Positions 9,740 to 19,654 are shown, counted from the first letter of the stretch. The stretch is DNA of 64,000 nucleotides from a virus (IMGVR_UViG_2845860650_000005:55422-119421); one strand, 5' to 3'. Notes: generated by a model from the letters alone, not told the origin. Made by a program: numbers and translations.

Positions 9740-10099
9740 CTATTCCATTGATGCAATTAAGGCGATCGCTGAAAATATCTTTACAATTGTTCTGTGGTGA
9801 ACGTTGGGTTGAATGTGCCCATCTGCTAAATTCAGTCTTTGCATTTCATCAGGCATCAATACCTGAGATAATAATTTAGGTAAATCCAAAGCAAAACCAT
9901 TTTTATAAAAATGCACTTCTAATTCCCCATATTGTTGGGGAGAAATAAGCTTATAATTTGGTAGACTTTGGCGATCGCATCCAGCGTACATACAAGCCGA
10001 ATAGCCACCAGATAGCTTGATTTCAATGCCAAAGCATTTACCCATATCTGCCCACTTCATAGGAAAATCATGAATAGATTTTTGAGTTTTAGTAGTCAT
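9740..10099 (-). CDS. hypothetical protein
   Basis: ATG 10099 follows upstream stop. Confidence 0.6.
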   Translation of the reverse strand: MTTKTQKSIHDFPMKWADMGKCFGIEIKLSGGYSACMYAGCDRQSLPNYKLISPQQYGELEVHFYKNGFALDLPKLLSQVLMPDEMQRLNLADGHIQPNVHHRTIVKIFSAIALIASME

Positions 10100-10106
10100 A
10101 TTTCTT

Positions 10107-10691
10107 CTAACGTTTGACGTTTTCAATCTTGATATTTGCAATCAGCGATCGCATTTTTGAAGCCTGTTTCTTGTCCTTGCGATGTTGACGGCGATTAGCC
10201 ATCGGATCGTTTGTTTGGGGGCATCTGTATGTGTAACTACCCCCATAGTTAGCTGTGCCCTTAGAGGCACTTTGTAGGGGACGTTTACGCGCAATAGTGC
10301 CGTCTACATCAATCCCAGCAGCCCCAGCAAAGGGACGCATTTGGTTGATTTCATTCTGAGTGAGTACGATTCCCTCACACGGGAACCACTCACCCTGGAT
10401 TTTCTCCAAGATCGGAACCTCTAAGCCAGTCTTGCAGTCCCTACGAAATACCTGATTAGGCAGGTACTTGTAAAACACTACCCTGTACTGGGTAAAGTTT
10501 GATGATTCCTTGGAGTATTGCCCATTAGCAACACTTTTTGAGGTTTTAACACCTGTAAAGTGCTGCTTTTTGGGCGCAATTGCCTGCCTAGCATCCATCG
10601 ACATATCTGCATTCATACCGGGTGTATGACGCACGGTTACGCGCTGCTGAATTCTAGCGTCAGCAGACTTTAGACAAGTAATATTTTTCAT
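10107..10691 (-). CDS. basic hypothetical protein
   Basis: 194-aa ORF. Confidence 0.7.
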   Translation of the reverse strand: MKNITCLKSADARIQQRVTVRHTPGMNADMSMDARQAIAPKKQHFTGVKTSKSVANGQYSKESSNFTQYRVVFYKYLPNQVFRRDCKTGLEVPILEKIQGEWFPCEGIVLTQNEINQMRPFAGAAGIDVDGTIARKRPLQSASKGTANYGGSYTYRCPQTNDPMANRRQHRKDKKQASKMRSLIANIKIENVKR

Positions 10692-10740
10692 AGTTGCATT
10701 TAGGTAACTGGGGTGACTCGCACACCCCAGAGGTACATAA

Positions 10741-11565
10741 CTAAACTGTAGCAGGTGTTAAGATTTTGGCGATCGCCAGGATCTTCCCAGCTTTGGAACC
10801 CCCAACGTTGTAATGTTTGGCTAAAGCATTGACTTGGTTAGTGTCTAGTTTTTTCAGATGCCCTACTTTATCAATAGATGCTTCTAGTTCATCAACTAAG
10901 ACCTTAGTCAAAGTAACATCCGGCTTAGGGGTAACAGGCGCTTTTTTCTCTACCTTAGTAAACCGTTTCTGCACGATCTCGAAAGCCATATCGAAGTCTA
11001 GATAACCTTCGTTAACGCCTTTGGCTTCTAACTTCTCATTGTGCTTAGTGAGTAATTCTGTAGCCTGTTTCTCTAAGAAATACTCGCGTGTTGGATGATG
11101 CGAGAACTGTACTGTTTTGTCAGTAGTTTCAAGGTGCTTGTGACGATGACGCACCTTATCAAGCATCTTATCGACTGCGGACATTACCTTAGCCGATAAT
11201 GCCGTCAACTCTCTGATAGGATTATCGTTGAGTTTTTTCTCAATTCTTGCGATCGCACCTGTTAACTTTTCTATCTCAGCTTTTTTAAGTTCCGATGCTT
11301 CACCCTCTAAAGATTTTAGAACATCCTTAGCAGCATTCCTAGTTTTTTCTAGGGTATCGCGCTCGGTCAGCAAAGCATCGTACTCATTCCAAGCGTCGTA
11401 GTCCACAACAATTTCATCGTCTACCACCACTAAACGCCCAAGTCTCACACGTTGCGACATCGGACGGTTAGCTAAGCGTAGTTCCTGATAGAACACGCCC
11501 TTACCATTAACGGTAATAACAGTGTTTGCCTTATCGTCAGCTTTGGTAATTAAAAGACTAGACAT
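10741..11565 (-). CDS. coiled-coil hypothetical protein, first gene of the leftward early operon
   Basis: 274-aa ORF. Confidence 0.75.
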   Translation of the reverse strand: MSSLLITKADDKANTVITVNGKGVFYQELRLANRPMSQRVRLGRLVVVDDEIVVDYDAWNEYDALLTERDTLEKTRNAAKDVLKSLEGEASELKKAEIEKLTGAIARIEKKLNDNPIRELTALSAKVMSAVDKMLDKVRHRHKHLETTDKTVQFSHHPTREYFLEKQATELLTKHNEKLEAKGVNEGYLDFDMAFEIVQKRFTKVEKKAPVTPKPDVTLTKVLVDELEASIDKVGHLKKLDTNQVNALAKHYNVGGSKAGKILAIAKILTPATV

Positions 11566-12120
11566 AGTGTAAAATTAGTTTGGTGATGTTAACTCGTAGC
11601 AATCAAAGCTACAGACTAAAAGTAACTTCCAGTGTGTAACTTTTTGCCACTAAAATAGGGCGTTAATCCGCTAAATTAACGCCCTTAAAAACAGGCAAAC
11701 TATTAAAAAACGGTTACTCAAAACTACTCAACCCTACCTACCTTACAACCCTACAAAGTTTTATAAACCTTGTCGTTCAGTAGTCTCAAGTACAACGCCT
11801 AAATACTTATAGCATATAGCTATGGCTTAGTTATGCCCCGTAAAGCATAGGTCAGATGACCACCCCTACTTTTACCCGTCATCAGCCAGCACGAACTGTC
11901 ACAGCCAATTATTACTAATCAGCGATCGCATTGACTAACCACGCAGTATGTAGTGTAGTGAGATAGGCTGTATCCACCTTATGGTGTGGTGTGGTTGTAT
12001 TAACGATTGCCACATTTACCAAGGAATGAAACTCTCTTGGCTACTGCAAACGATACGACTAAAACAAGTGCCTATGAGCGTACTTTTGTAAGCACAAGCA
12101 TCATTTAATTTTTACTTTTT
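11566..12120 (-). ncRNA. candidate long structured leader / ncRNA
   Basis: no ORF of 60 aa or more; hairpins such as AGGGCGTTAAT...ATTAACGCCCT, CCAAGG...CTTGG, GTAGC...GCTAC. Confidence 0.35.
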
Positions 12121-12361
12121 TATTCACCTCAAATTTATTTATTTCACATTACTAACTTAGCAGCTTTATCTAAGAATCAAGCATAAGTTTACATAAGTTT
12201 ACAATTAAAATTCATCTATATATAAAAGCCCCCGGTGGCTACTACGGAGGCTTTTATCAAGTATTTTTTATTACAGCCTAATTTTAACTGCTTTAGATCC
12301 GCGCCCACGCCAAGATCCAGAAAATTTGAGGTTTTATCGGATCGGCGGATCGGATCGCGGA

Positions 12362-12589
12362 TCAAGTTTTACTAGGCTTGCGTCCAGATAATTTTGGTAA
12401 AATTATGCCGTTAATTCTCGCGCATTTACTTACGGCATCAGGTTTGATTTCCTTACCAGTTTCTTCAGAAAGAATTTTAGCTAGTTCGGGGTAAGACCAG
12501 TCTCGCTTTTGAGCTTCAGCTTCTTTGATTAATTCTTTAACGCGCTCAGGATCTATCGTCCTTGGCGCTCCCATCTTCAACACTGCCAT
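12362..12589 (-). CDS. small HTH DNA-binding protein
   Basis: GAPRTID...WSYPELAKILSEETG...DAVSKC. Confidence 0.65.
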   Translation of the reverse strand: MAVLKMGAPRTIDPERVKELIKEAEAQKRDWSYPELAKILSEETGKEIKPDAVSKCARINGIILPKLSGRKPSKT

Positions 12590-12683
12590 ACCATTACCAA
12601 TCTCTAACAGACTTATCTTAGCAAAATCAATACTAAGTCTACATACTCTTTCTCAACTTTAACTCTGATATACAAGGAGTCTG

Positions 12684-13145
12684 CTATTTCCATGTTTTAC
12701 ATTCAAAAAAAATCAAGACAAAGTGATTCAACTCCAAGAATTCAATTTGTGCCGGAGTAACTTTCACCAAAATCCCCTGTGGTTTTGGTTGATTGTGCCT
12801 TTTACGAACTTTGAAAAATGTTCCAGAGCAACTTGAGACAAAACTAGAGGAATCATTTTCTAGGTAATTAGCTTGCACTAAAGCATCTAAAACTGAACCT
12901 TGCAGATTATCGGCATCACTGCTGAAAAAGTTGATGAATTGGCACTCAACACGACAAGGTATCGGTGCTGGGGGATAATTTTGCATTTGAAGCGCGATCG
13001 CACTTATGGCGTTTTCTTTCCAATCTCCATATTTTTGGGCAGTATAAATCATTCCCGTCCGCCAGTTAGTCCGCGGACGGGCCTTACCAACACCCCTTCC
13101 CGATAACCAAAATAGTGCTTCAGTTTGAAATTCAGTAGCTAACAT
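12684..13145 (-). CDS. rusA: RusA-family Holliday junction resolvase
   Basis: GKARPR, DADNLQGSVLDAL..A..LENDS. Confidence 0.85.
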   Translation of the reverse strand: MLATEFQTEALFWLSGRGVGKARPRTNWRTGMIYTAQKYGDWKENAISAIALQMQNYPPAPIPCRVECQFINFFSSDADNLQGSVLDALVQANYLENDSSSFVSSCSGTFFKVRKRHNQPKPQGILVKVTPAQIEFLELNHFVLIFFECKTWK

Positions 13146-13158
13146 TTTTAGTCTCTAA

Positions 13159-13944
13159 TTATACAGAATCAAGAAGTTTATTCAAATTATAAACAGAATT
13201 CTCCGTCCCATTGCTTTGATTATTATGTCGTTTATCATCTCCAGATTCTAAGTCTGCATAGGATTTTTCGACTTCTAACTCTGGCTCAGAAATTAGTTCA
13301 ACAGGCAATATGTTGCGCTCGCTACTATGCATAAAAGTATTGTTGATTCCGTTTTGTTTGAGTTGATTATTTTGTCGTGGTTTTGGTATCGGTATCGTGC
13401 TGAGAAACACCACAATTGCTAGCGCAAGTAATATAGGATGCGATTTCACTAACTCAAACAACCACTGTAATTTTATTTTAGGTAATTGAGGCAGTGAAAG
13501 TGGAGGAACTTGAAATTTGGGAATTCGTAACCAAGAAGTAGCTGTTTTATATCCCGGTTGCCATTCTTTTTCAAGATTGACAAACACAACCTTTACACGG
13601 GGATCTTGTTGAACCATCGAAGCGGTAGTGAAGGCTGATTTTTGCTCCCTAGCTTCGGAAGTCAAAAACCCCATTACTACCAACTTACGTTTGTTTCCTA
13701 AGCCATAAAGATTCAATTGTCCGACAGCTTGATAAATTGTGTTGCGGTCGAGATATTTTTTGACCTCGATAATCGCCCCATCCATCCAATCACTAACGAT
13801 ATCGGCCCGACCACCGTTTGCGCCTGCTTCTAGCTTGACTCCGTAACCTTGTTCTTGGAGGCGCTCAGCTAAATACTTTTGTAAGTGCTTTTCTTGCCAG
13901 CGTTCAGGGAACCCGGCAAGTTCTACAAATTGTGATGGGTGCAT
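13159..13944 (-). CDS. PD-(D/E)XK endonuclease-like protein with a transmembrane helix
   Basis: E..LQ, GGRADIV, IIEVKK, QAVGQL; TM ILLALAIVVFLSTI. Confidence 0.7.
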   Translation of the reverse strand: MHPSQFVELAGFPERWQEKHLQKYLAERLQEQGYGVKLEAGANGGRADIVSDWMDGAIIEVKKYLDRNTIYQAVGQLNLYGLGNKRKLVVMGFLTSEAREQKSAFTTASMVQQDPRVKVVFVNLEKEWQPGYKTATSWLRIPKFQVPPLSLPQLPKIKLQWLFELVKSHPILLALAIVVFLSTIPIPKPRQNNQLKQNGINNTFMHSSERNILPVELISEPELEVEKSYADLESGDDKRHNNQSNGTENSVYNLNKLLDSV

Positions 13945-13949
13945 AAGTT

Positions 13950-14374
13950 TAATTCGTAATTCGTAATTCGTAATTCGTAATTATTTTTCTTTTAGTTTTT
14001 TGGTGGAAGAGACTAGGATTTTGCCGATTTCGTTGGCTTCTTGTAGAAGCAACTCGAATTTTTGTTTTTCTACTAGTCCCGATTCAATTAAGATTTCTAG
14101 CCAGTATTGGGTTTCTCTGGCTTCCTTAAGTGCAATTTCTAGTTTGTTGATAAAATCTTTATCAGACTGCGCTGATTGTGCTTCTCTGACGTTTGCCCCA
14201 ATTGAAGTACCAGAACGCAATAGTTGTCTTGATAACGTTCTTGTAACCCCAGACTTTTCATCAAGAAAGCTGCAAGCTTTCACAATCCTAATCGCAAACG
14301 CCTTCGTTCTATCTGTAATACTAATTTGATTGCTTGTCATAAATTACGAATTACGAATTACGAATTACGAATTA
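13950..14374. mobile_element. STRR (AATTCGT)n inverted-repeat-bounded cassette carrying a four-helix-bundle gene
   Basis: (AATTCGT)4 at 13951-13980 and (ACGAATT)4 at 14342-14374 exactly bracket the ORF. Confidence 0.7.
13981..14340 (-). CDS. four-helix-bundle protein (23S rRNA IVS / Avd-like family)
   Basis: QLLRSGTSIGANVREAQSAQSDKDFINKLEIALKEARETQYWL. Confidence 0.92.
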   Translation of the reverse strand: MTSNQISITDRTKAFAIRIVKACSFLDEKSGVTRTLSRQLLRSGTSIGANVREAQSAQSDKDFINKLEIALKEARETQYWLEILIESGLVEKQKFELLLQEANEIGKILVSSTKKLKEK

Positions 14375-15937
14375 TCCCGGTATTTTGTCAAATCTATAAG
14401 CCTGAAATCTGCTATTGATTGTTCCAGCTTGAATAATTCCATCACCTCGTCCCTGGAGCGAGGTTACAACTTCGCCGTGCCTGTGAAGCACCATTCGCCC
14501 ATCAATCGCTTCGATACAGCGAAAGGCTATTCGTGCTGGTAGATTTGCTCTGAGGTCTGGCGGTAATCCTTGGGGGTCTTCTTTAGAGCGTTTAGAGCCG
14601 TGTTGCAACCCAATTACTATATGAATCCTTAATCCCCGCCCTCTGCGTGCGACTTCACAAAGTTGATCGTCGTAAAGTTTACGAAGTTTATCGTCGAAAG
14701 GCACAGTTCCTTTATATTCGTCAACTAACAAAATCCAAGGTTGCTGTGCAGCTAATTCAGACTTATTCATTGAGTTGCGGCGATCGCACTCCTGGTAATA
14801 TTCGCCAACATATTCAAAAGTTTTGCCCATATCATTGGCGGTAATTGTAGGGAAGCGCTCGGCAAAATCTTCATAATCACTAACTTTACCACCACAGATA
14901 TCTACTCTTCCTCCCTGAGCCAAAAGGCAATAAGCAGCAGAGCGTAGAAAATTAGATTTACCAGAACCAGTTGTGCCGACTACCAACACCTGGGGAGTAT
15001 CTTCGTTGCCCAAATCGATAACCACTTCCCCATCAAGGGACTGTCCCAAAACTATTAATCTTCCCCCTTGCTGCCACTCACGAATTGGGAAGTCATAAAA
15101 TGTGCGTTCGGTTGCTCCTAATCCCACCTCCACTGCTACTTGTTCGCTACCAAAAACGTACATGGGAAATTCTTCATCCTTTCCCAGGGAAACTTTTGCA
15201 GCTTTTTTCCACTTCGGCAGTAAGTGGTAATCCACCGTCCGCAGACTAAAAATTAAACGCTGGTAACTCGGTGCTTTATCAATCTTCAAACATTCGGTTT
15301 TCAATCCCACAACCGCAGCTGCTTTTTGTAGTTGAATCGTTGTATCTGATTGTTGTTGAATTTGTAGCGCTGCTGCTTGCGATATCGCGGTAGTTTGGGG
15401 AACTGATTGAGCGATGAATTGTTGCTCTTGTAATTCCGTTTGTCGATTTTGAGCAATCAATTTTGCTTGCTCCATTTGCATTTGAGCATCGGAAACCGCA
15501 GTCAAAACATCTCCAATAGACGCACCATTTTGAACCATTCCCAGCGCCATCTGCACCACCGGGCCGTTCTTCCCAGTTAGTTGTAGCAGCTGTGTAAATA
15601 TTGGTGCTGTTTGTTCTAACAATACCAACTGTCTTTCAATAGATTTATCTGCCTGTTCGTTGGCAAGTTTTGACTCGGCGGCGGATTGCAAATACTGTAA
15701 TTGCTCTTCTACTTGGGTATCTTTCAGTACTCGTAAAGTATCTTCTGTGCGCTCGATGTCTTCGTACTTTTTACCCATTCCTTGGAGCATACAAATGGCA
15801 TTAACTCCAAATGCGATCGCGGCGACATTCCTCGGATAAAATAACCAAGGCTCATTTTTATTAGCAGATAACACAAACACCACCGCGAGCGCACCTTGCC
15901 CTATAATTCCTAACCAACGAAAAAACATTTCGACCAC
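14372..15937 (-). CDS. FtsK/SpoIIIE-family ATPase with two N-terminal TM helices
   Basis: Walker A GTTGSGKS, Walker B LLVDE, ARRGRGLRIH, LQGRGDG. Confidence 0.88.
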   Translation of the reverse strand: MVEMFFRWLGIIGQGALAVVFVLSANKNEPWLFYPRNVAAIAFGVNAICMLQGMGKKYEDIERTEDTLRVLKDTQVEEQLQYLQSAAESKLANEQADKSIERQLVLLEQTAPIFTQLLQLTGKNGPVVQMALGMVQNGASIGDVLTAVSDAQMQMEQAKLIAQNRQTELQEQQFIAQSVPQTTAISQAAALQIQQQSDTTIQLQKAAAVVGLKTECLKIDKAPSYQRLIFSLRTVDYHLLPKWKKAAKVSLGKDEEFPMYVFGSEQVAVEVGLGATERTFYDFPIREWQQGGRLIVLGQSLDGEVVIDLGNEDTPQVLVVGTTGSGKSNFLRSAAYCLLAQGGRVDICGGKVSDYEDFAERFPTITANDMGKTFEYVGEYYQECDRRNSMNKSELAAQQPWILLVDEYKGTVPFDDKLRKLYDDQLCEVARRGRGLRIHIVIGLQHGSKRSKEDPQGLPPDLRANLPARIAFRCIEAIDGRMVLHRHGEVVTSLQGRGDGIIQAGTINSRFQAYRFDKIPG

Positions 15938-16170
15938 CCAAAGACTAATCCAACCGCCACAGCTTGGAATGTAAGCGAATTATTTTGATGCCCTTTTAGA
16001 TAAAAAATTACTGCTGCAAGTGCGATCGCATACTGTGAGTGAGAGAGTACCGCAATCAATTGTGCGAATGCACTTGCAACAACAAATCCAAACACAGACT
16101 GCAAAATCTTGCAAATTTCAGAGCCACTCATGAATATCCTTGTTGCATTGCTAAAATAATTTGTTTGCAA
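15910..16170 (-). CDS. small membrane protein
   Basis: hydrophobic stretches; overlaps FtsK start. Confidence 0.55.
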   Translation of the reverse strand: MQTNYFSNATRIFMSGSEICKILQSVFGFVVASAFAQLIAVLSHSQYAIALAAVIFYLKGHQNNSLTFQAVAVGLVFGWSKCFFVG

Positions 16171-16358
16171 TACTCGTTATTTGCGTTAATGATGGTGTTT
16201 ATAGCGTCGCGAACATCAGAAGATTCTGCGTATTCTGAAGATACAAATTCCAGCAACGAACTAATTACTTCATTATTAGAATCAACCAACTTTTGTCCTG
16301 CATGAATAACTTGTAAAAAAGTTGATTCAGAGTTGTTAGTCGTAACTACCGCAATCAT
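16128..16358 (-). CDS. hypothetical protein
   Basis: AGGAG RBS. Confidence 0.55.
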   Translation of the reverse strand: MIAVVTTNNSESTFLQVIHAGQKLVDSNNEVISSLLEFVSSEYAESSDVRDAINTIINANNEYCKQIILAMQQGYS

Positions 16359-16532
16359 TTAGTATCTCCTGATAACTTTCTTAGGTTGATGCTGAATCCA
16401 AAATCCGAAAACGCCACACCCGGATAACCCAATACCAAGCCAAATTAGCTTACGTGCTTCAAATTTTTGTACGCCAAAACAACCAATTCCAAAGCAGACA
16501 ATCAAAAATGCTGTAACTGCAATTTTTTTCAT
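16359..16532 (-). CDS. 57-aa two-TM protein (not in ORF track)
   Basis: MKKIAVTAFLIVCFGIGCFGVQKFEARKLIWLGIGLSGCGVFGFW; TAATG overlap. Confidence 0.6.
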   Translation of the reverse strand: MKKIAVTAFLIVCFGIGCFGVQKFEARKLIWLGIGLSGCGVFGFWIQHQPKKVIRRY

Positions 16533-17182
16533 TACGATGCTTTTATCCTTTGTGTAACTCCAAATGAAGCGCCTGAATATCTTGCTTCTCTAAGTTGACG
16601 GAACTTATCAACTAAAGAAGTTGTTTGCTCCTCGTAAGGTGTTGGCTCTTTTTTAGTCGTTTCAGTTGTTAATCGCTCTTGCTTTTTAGCTTTATTTTCT
16701 GTGTATTGAGAAGCAATGCGATTAAGACTAAGCTCTAAATCGTATTGTTTGCTGGCGATCGCACTTCTAGAATCGCCAACAATTTTTCTGTATTCAGCTT
16801 CTAAACCCGCAAGACTTGTTTTCAAGTCTTTCTCCAACTGAGCAATAGTTACTCTAGATTGAGCAACATTTTCACTCACAGTAGATTGAGTTTCTCTGAC
16901 TTTAACCAGAGCTTTTAAATATCTAGAAATTGCTGTCGAATATTCACCCCAGTTTTTTGATTGAAGTTCAGCACCTTTAGCTTTTTCAATAGCAGAAGCT
17001 ACATCTTCATCGCTCAAGTCGCCAAAAACTTTAAACCCAGCAGGCAGCATATCAGCAATACGCTGAGCGTTTTCCCAAACCTCCAATTCCAAACCAAAAT
17101 GGGAATCGGGAAAGACGATCGCATTGGTAATACTGCCATTTAAGTCAGAAAGGTCTAAATCATTCGACTTTTGTTTTGCCAT
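16532..17182 (-). CDS. coiled-coil hypothetical protein
   Basis: 216 aa. Confidence 0.7.
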   Translation of the reverse strand: MAKQKSNDLDLSDLNGSITNAIVFPDSHFGLELEVWENAQRIADMLPAGFKVFGDLSDEDVASAIEKAKGAELQSKNWGEYSTAISRYLKALVKVRETQSTVSENVAQSRVTIAQLEKDLKTSLAGLEAEYRKIVGDSRSAIASKQYDLELSLNRIASQYTENKAKKQERLTTETTKKEPTPYEEQTTSLVDKFRQLREARYSGASFGVTQRIKAS

Positions 17183-17348
17183 TGTTAATAACCTCTACTT
17201 CTTGGCTTAAAAACAAATTCCATCTCGCCCTTACCAACCCACCAATAGCATCATCAGCGTTGATGCCGTAACAGTAGTAAACACCATCCGGATATATTAC
17301 TTTAGCGAGATAAAGCTCCTTACGCACTGGCTCGACGGTTATTTTCAT
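17160..17348 (-). CDS. small hypothetical protein
   Basis: ATGA overlap. Confidence 0.5.
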   Translation of the reverse strand: MKITVEPVRKELYLAKVIYPDGVYYCYGINADDAIGGLVRARWNLFLSQEVEVINNGKTKVE

Positions 17349-17806
17349 CTGACATTAATTAGCGAATCACAAGGCTTATACTCTACAAAAACATCATCTT
17401 CAAAAGCTTGCCATTTTCCATCAAGGGAACGGAAGTAACGAACATTGTCTTCAAGTTTTATTTCCAGGTTTAAGTCTGGAAATTTCAACAAATTATCCTG
17501 CTTAATTACTCTTATTACTTCAACGTCCCTATCAATTTGCATTCCTAAAGTTAAAGGAGTGCCTTTTTTCTTGTACTGCTGCCAGTAGTAGGAAAACTGA
17601 TTTTTATCTAAGAAATTGACATTGCATACAGGACTACCAGATTCAAACAACAATGCAAATATTCCTAAATCTGGATGATGAATTTTACCTATACCTAAGT
17701 TCGCTTCGTAGTTCCAGTAGGCTCTGTGGAAGTCTGCGGTTTGCAAAATATTTGCTCCAATTTTTTGACGACAATTTTGGCAATAGATTGACGAAATAAT
17801 GACCAA
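17345..17806 (-). CDS. hypothetical protein with CxxC
   Basis: 153 aa. Confidence 0.55.
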   Translation of the reverse strand: MVIISSIYCQNCRQKIGANILQTADFHRAYWNYEANLGIGKIHHPDLGIFALLFESGSPVCNVNFLDKNQFSYYWQQYKKKGTPLTLGMQIDRDVEVIRVIKQDNLLKFPDLNLEIKLEDNVRYFRSLDGKWQAFEDDVFVEYKPCDSLINVR

Positions 17807-18207
17807 GCGTGGTTTTGTTGGATTTTTAGTTGGGCGGCAGCAATTTCAGCATCGCTGGGTAGAATGCTGCCACAGGTTTCCAAATTTTGAATGGCTTGGC
17901 GGAATGTCACCACCTCAGCATTAGCTGGGATATTGGGGGCAACAGCACTAGATAATCTCTGCAATGCTCCTTTTACTGTTGCGGATTCATTTTTGACGCG
18001 CTCTAATTCTTGTTGCATCAGTTGGATGGTTGTGGCATTGCTTTGAGCGATAGTACGCTCAAAATCAATTAAGTAATTTTCGAGCTGCTGATTTACTAAA
18101 CCCTGGACTATTTGGGAAATTTGGTGGATTGCCTTACCTTCTGATAATGCTTGAATTGAGGCTTGAATTTCAGGCGATAGGTTTGGCGTTGCATCGGAGT
18201 CCTGCAT
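17695..18207 (-). CDS. coiled-coil hypothetical protein
   Basis: 170 aa. Confidence 0.6.
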   Translation of the reverse strand: MQDSDATPNLSPEIQASIQALSEGKAIHQISQIVQGLVNQQLENYLIDFERTIAQSNATTIQLMQQELERVKNESATVKGALQRLSSAVAPNIPANAEVVTFRQAIQNLETCGSILPSDAEIAAAQLKIQQNHAWSLFRQSIAKIVVKKLEQIFCKPQTSTEPTGTTKRT

Positions 18208-18706
18208 CGGTTTCTTCCCAGGTAATTTCGATTTTCAATCTAGAAGCAAATGCTTCTACAGTTTTTCTCATATCCTCTTCGGATAAAAGTTCACAAGCAT
18301 CGATAAGTTTTGGCAGATCTACATCAATAAATTGCTGTTGCTGTTGCAGTTTGAATTTCTTCATTTTTTCGGCGAACTCTGCCCTAGCTTGCTGCATCCC
18401 AGAAAGCCTTGCCTTTTCAGTTGCCGCCAATCGACCCAGTTCAACGGTTTTAGCCAACTTTTCCTCGTCCGATGCTAGAGCATCAATCTCCCGCTTGGAC
18501 TGTATCAAACGCCCAATCATAGCAGCGCATAAATCTGCATCAAACGAGATTTCCAACTCTTGGATTAATAAAGCCTGGGCCTGCGGTATTTCTGTTGGAA
18601 TTGTGCTGCTGATTTCGTTTTTTGGTCGTCGGGCCAAAATACTTTTAGATTTCGACTCAATTTCTGTATGTTCCGGAGCCACCGTCAACTGATTACTACG
18701 AGCCAT
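18170..18706 (-). CDS. coiled-coil hypothetical protein
   Basis: 178 aa, TAATG overlap. Confidence 0.7.
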   Translation of the reverse strand: MARSNQLTVAPEHTEIESKSKSILARRPKNEISSTIPTEIPQAQALLIQELEISFDADLCAAMIGRLIQSKREIDALASDEEKLAKTVELGRLAATEKARLSGMQQARAEFAEKMKKFKLQQQQQFIDVDLPKLIDACELLSEEDMRKTVEAFASRLKIEITWEETDAGLRCNAKPIA

Positions 18707-19500
18707 TAAGCAATTCTCCTTTTATCACTTGCAATTTTTCTCCAATTACTCAATTCCGCAACTGAATAATGCTTTTTCTGGCTATATTCACCCCATCTGT
18801 ACAGGGTGAATAGTGAAACCTTAAACCCACAAGCAGCAAGGTATTTGGGTAAATCTTTTCCCTTGCACCCCTTCATGTGCCACTCGTGAAACTGCTTACC
18901 ACTGGATGCTGTTTCTAGCGTCATCGCTTCACGGGTGCGATCGCGCATCATCAACAATAAGCGATTCACCGAAGGAAGACTACCTTTGTAGTTGTCACGC
19001 CGCCAGCAAGCAATGAATACTAATAGTGTTGCTGTACCCTCATCAACTTGTTTGATTCTTAGAGAAAGTCCGAGGTGCTTCTTCCAATTAACCCAGCACT
19101 TCCTAGAAATCTCCCTCCCCATAATTTCGTCACAGCAAACTTTAACCTTGGCGATCGCTACTAATTTCTCTTGAGGTTGAGTTTTTGGAGTTTCCCCGTT
19201 GGCGATCGCTTCAAATACTTCCTCAATTTTGTATTCATTACTTAGCCAGTATTGTCTGAGGGTTTTGTAGGTCAGCTTGCGCCTGGGGAACTGCCGCCTA
19301 AACCACGCTAAGCACAAGAATAATTGTGTTTGCTCGTCAGTATATTTGCGAGTTTTTAGTCTTTTACCTTGGGCATAACAAGCTCCTACAAGTTCTTGCC
19401 AATGATGCCAGGTTCTATAGGGGATTTTTCTGCGAAGAATTATCTCGCATTGTTTGATTAAGTTCGGATGCTGGGCCATCCAATCTTCGATGATTGTCAT
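18706..19500 (-). CDS. basic protein with tandem MerR/wHTH-like repeats
   Basis: two repeats W..W...LG...L.(L/F).A.W.R. Confidence 0.6.
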   Translation of the reverse strand: MTIIEDWMAQHPNLIKQCEIILRRKIPYRTWHHWQELVGACYAQGKRLKTRKYTDEQTQLFLCLAWFRRQFPRRKLTYKTLRQYWLSNEYKIEEVFEAIANGETPKTQPQEKLVAIAKVKVCCDEIMGREISRKCWVNWKKHLGLSLRIKQVDEGTATLLVFIACWRRDNYKGSLPSVNRLLLMMRDRTREAMTLETASSGKQFHEWHMKGCKGKDLPKYLAACGFKVSLFTLYRWGEYSQKKHYSVAELSNWRKIASDKRRIA

Positions 19501-19654
19501 TTTTCACGATTAACCAAGTTGCAAGAATACAAAACGTGATTACCCCAACCACCACACAAAATTCTAAAATTCCCGACTCATTATGCTCAATTTTGATGCT
19601 AGTTTCCACCCTACCATCTGCATGGATAACTGATTTCTCCTCCTTTTTGTACAC
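19415..19654 (-). CDS. small single-TM protein
   Basis: FCVVVGVITFCILATWLIV. Confidence 0.5.
   Translation of the reverse strand: MYKKEEKSVIHADGRVETSIKIEHNESGILEFCVVVGVITFCILATWLIVKNDNHRRLDGPASELNQTMRDNSSQKNPL

Noticed and set aside
13981-14340. Diversity-generating retroelement (Avd-like gene)
   Set aside because: No reverse transcriptase and no adenine-variable TR/VR pair seen in the window
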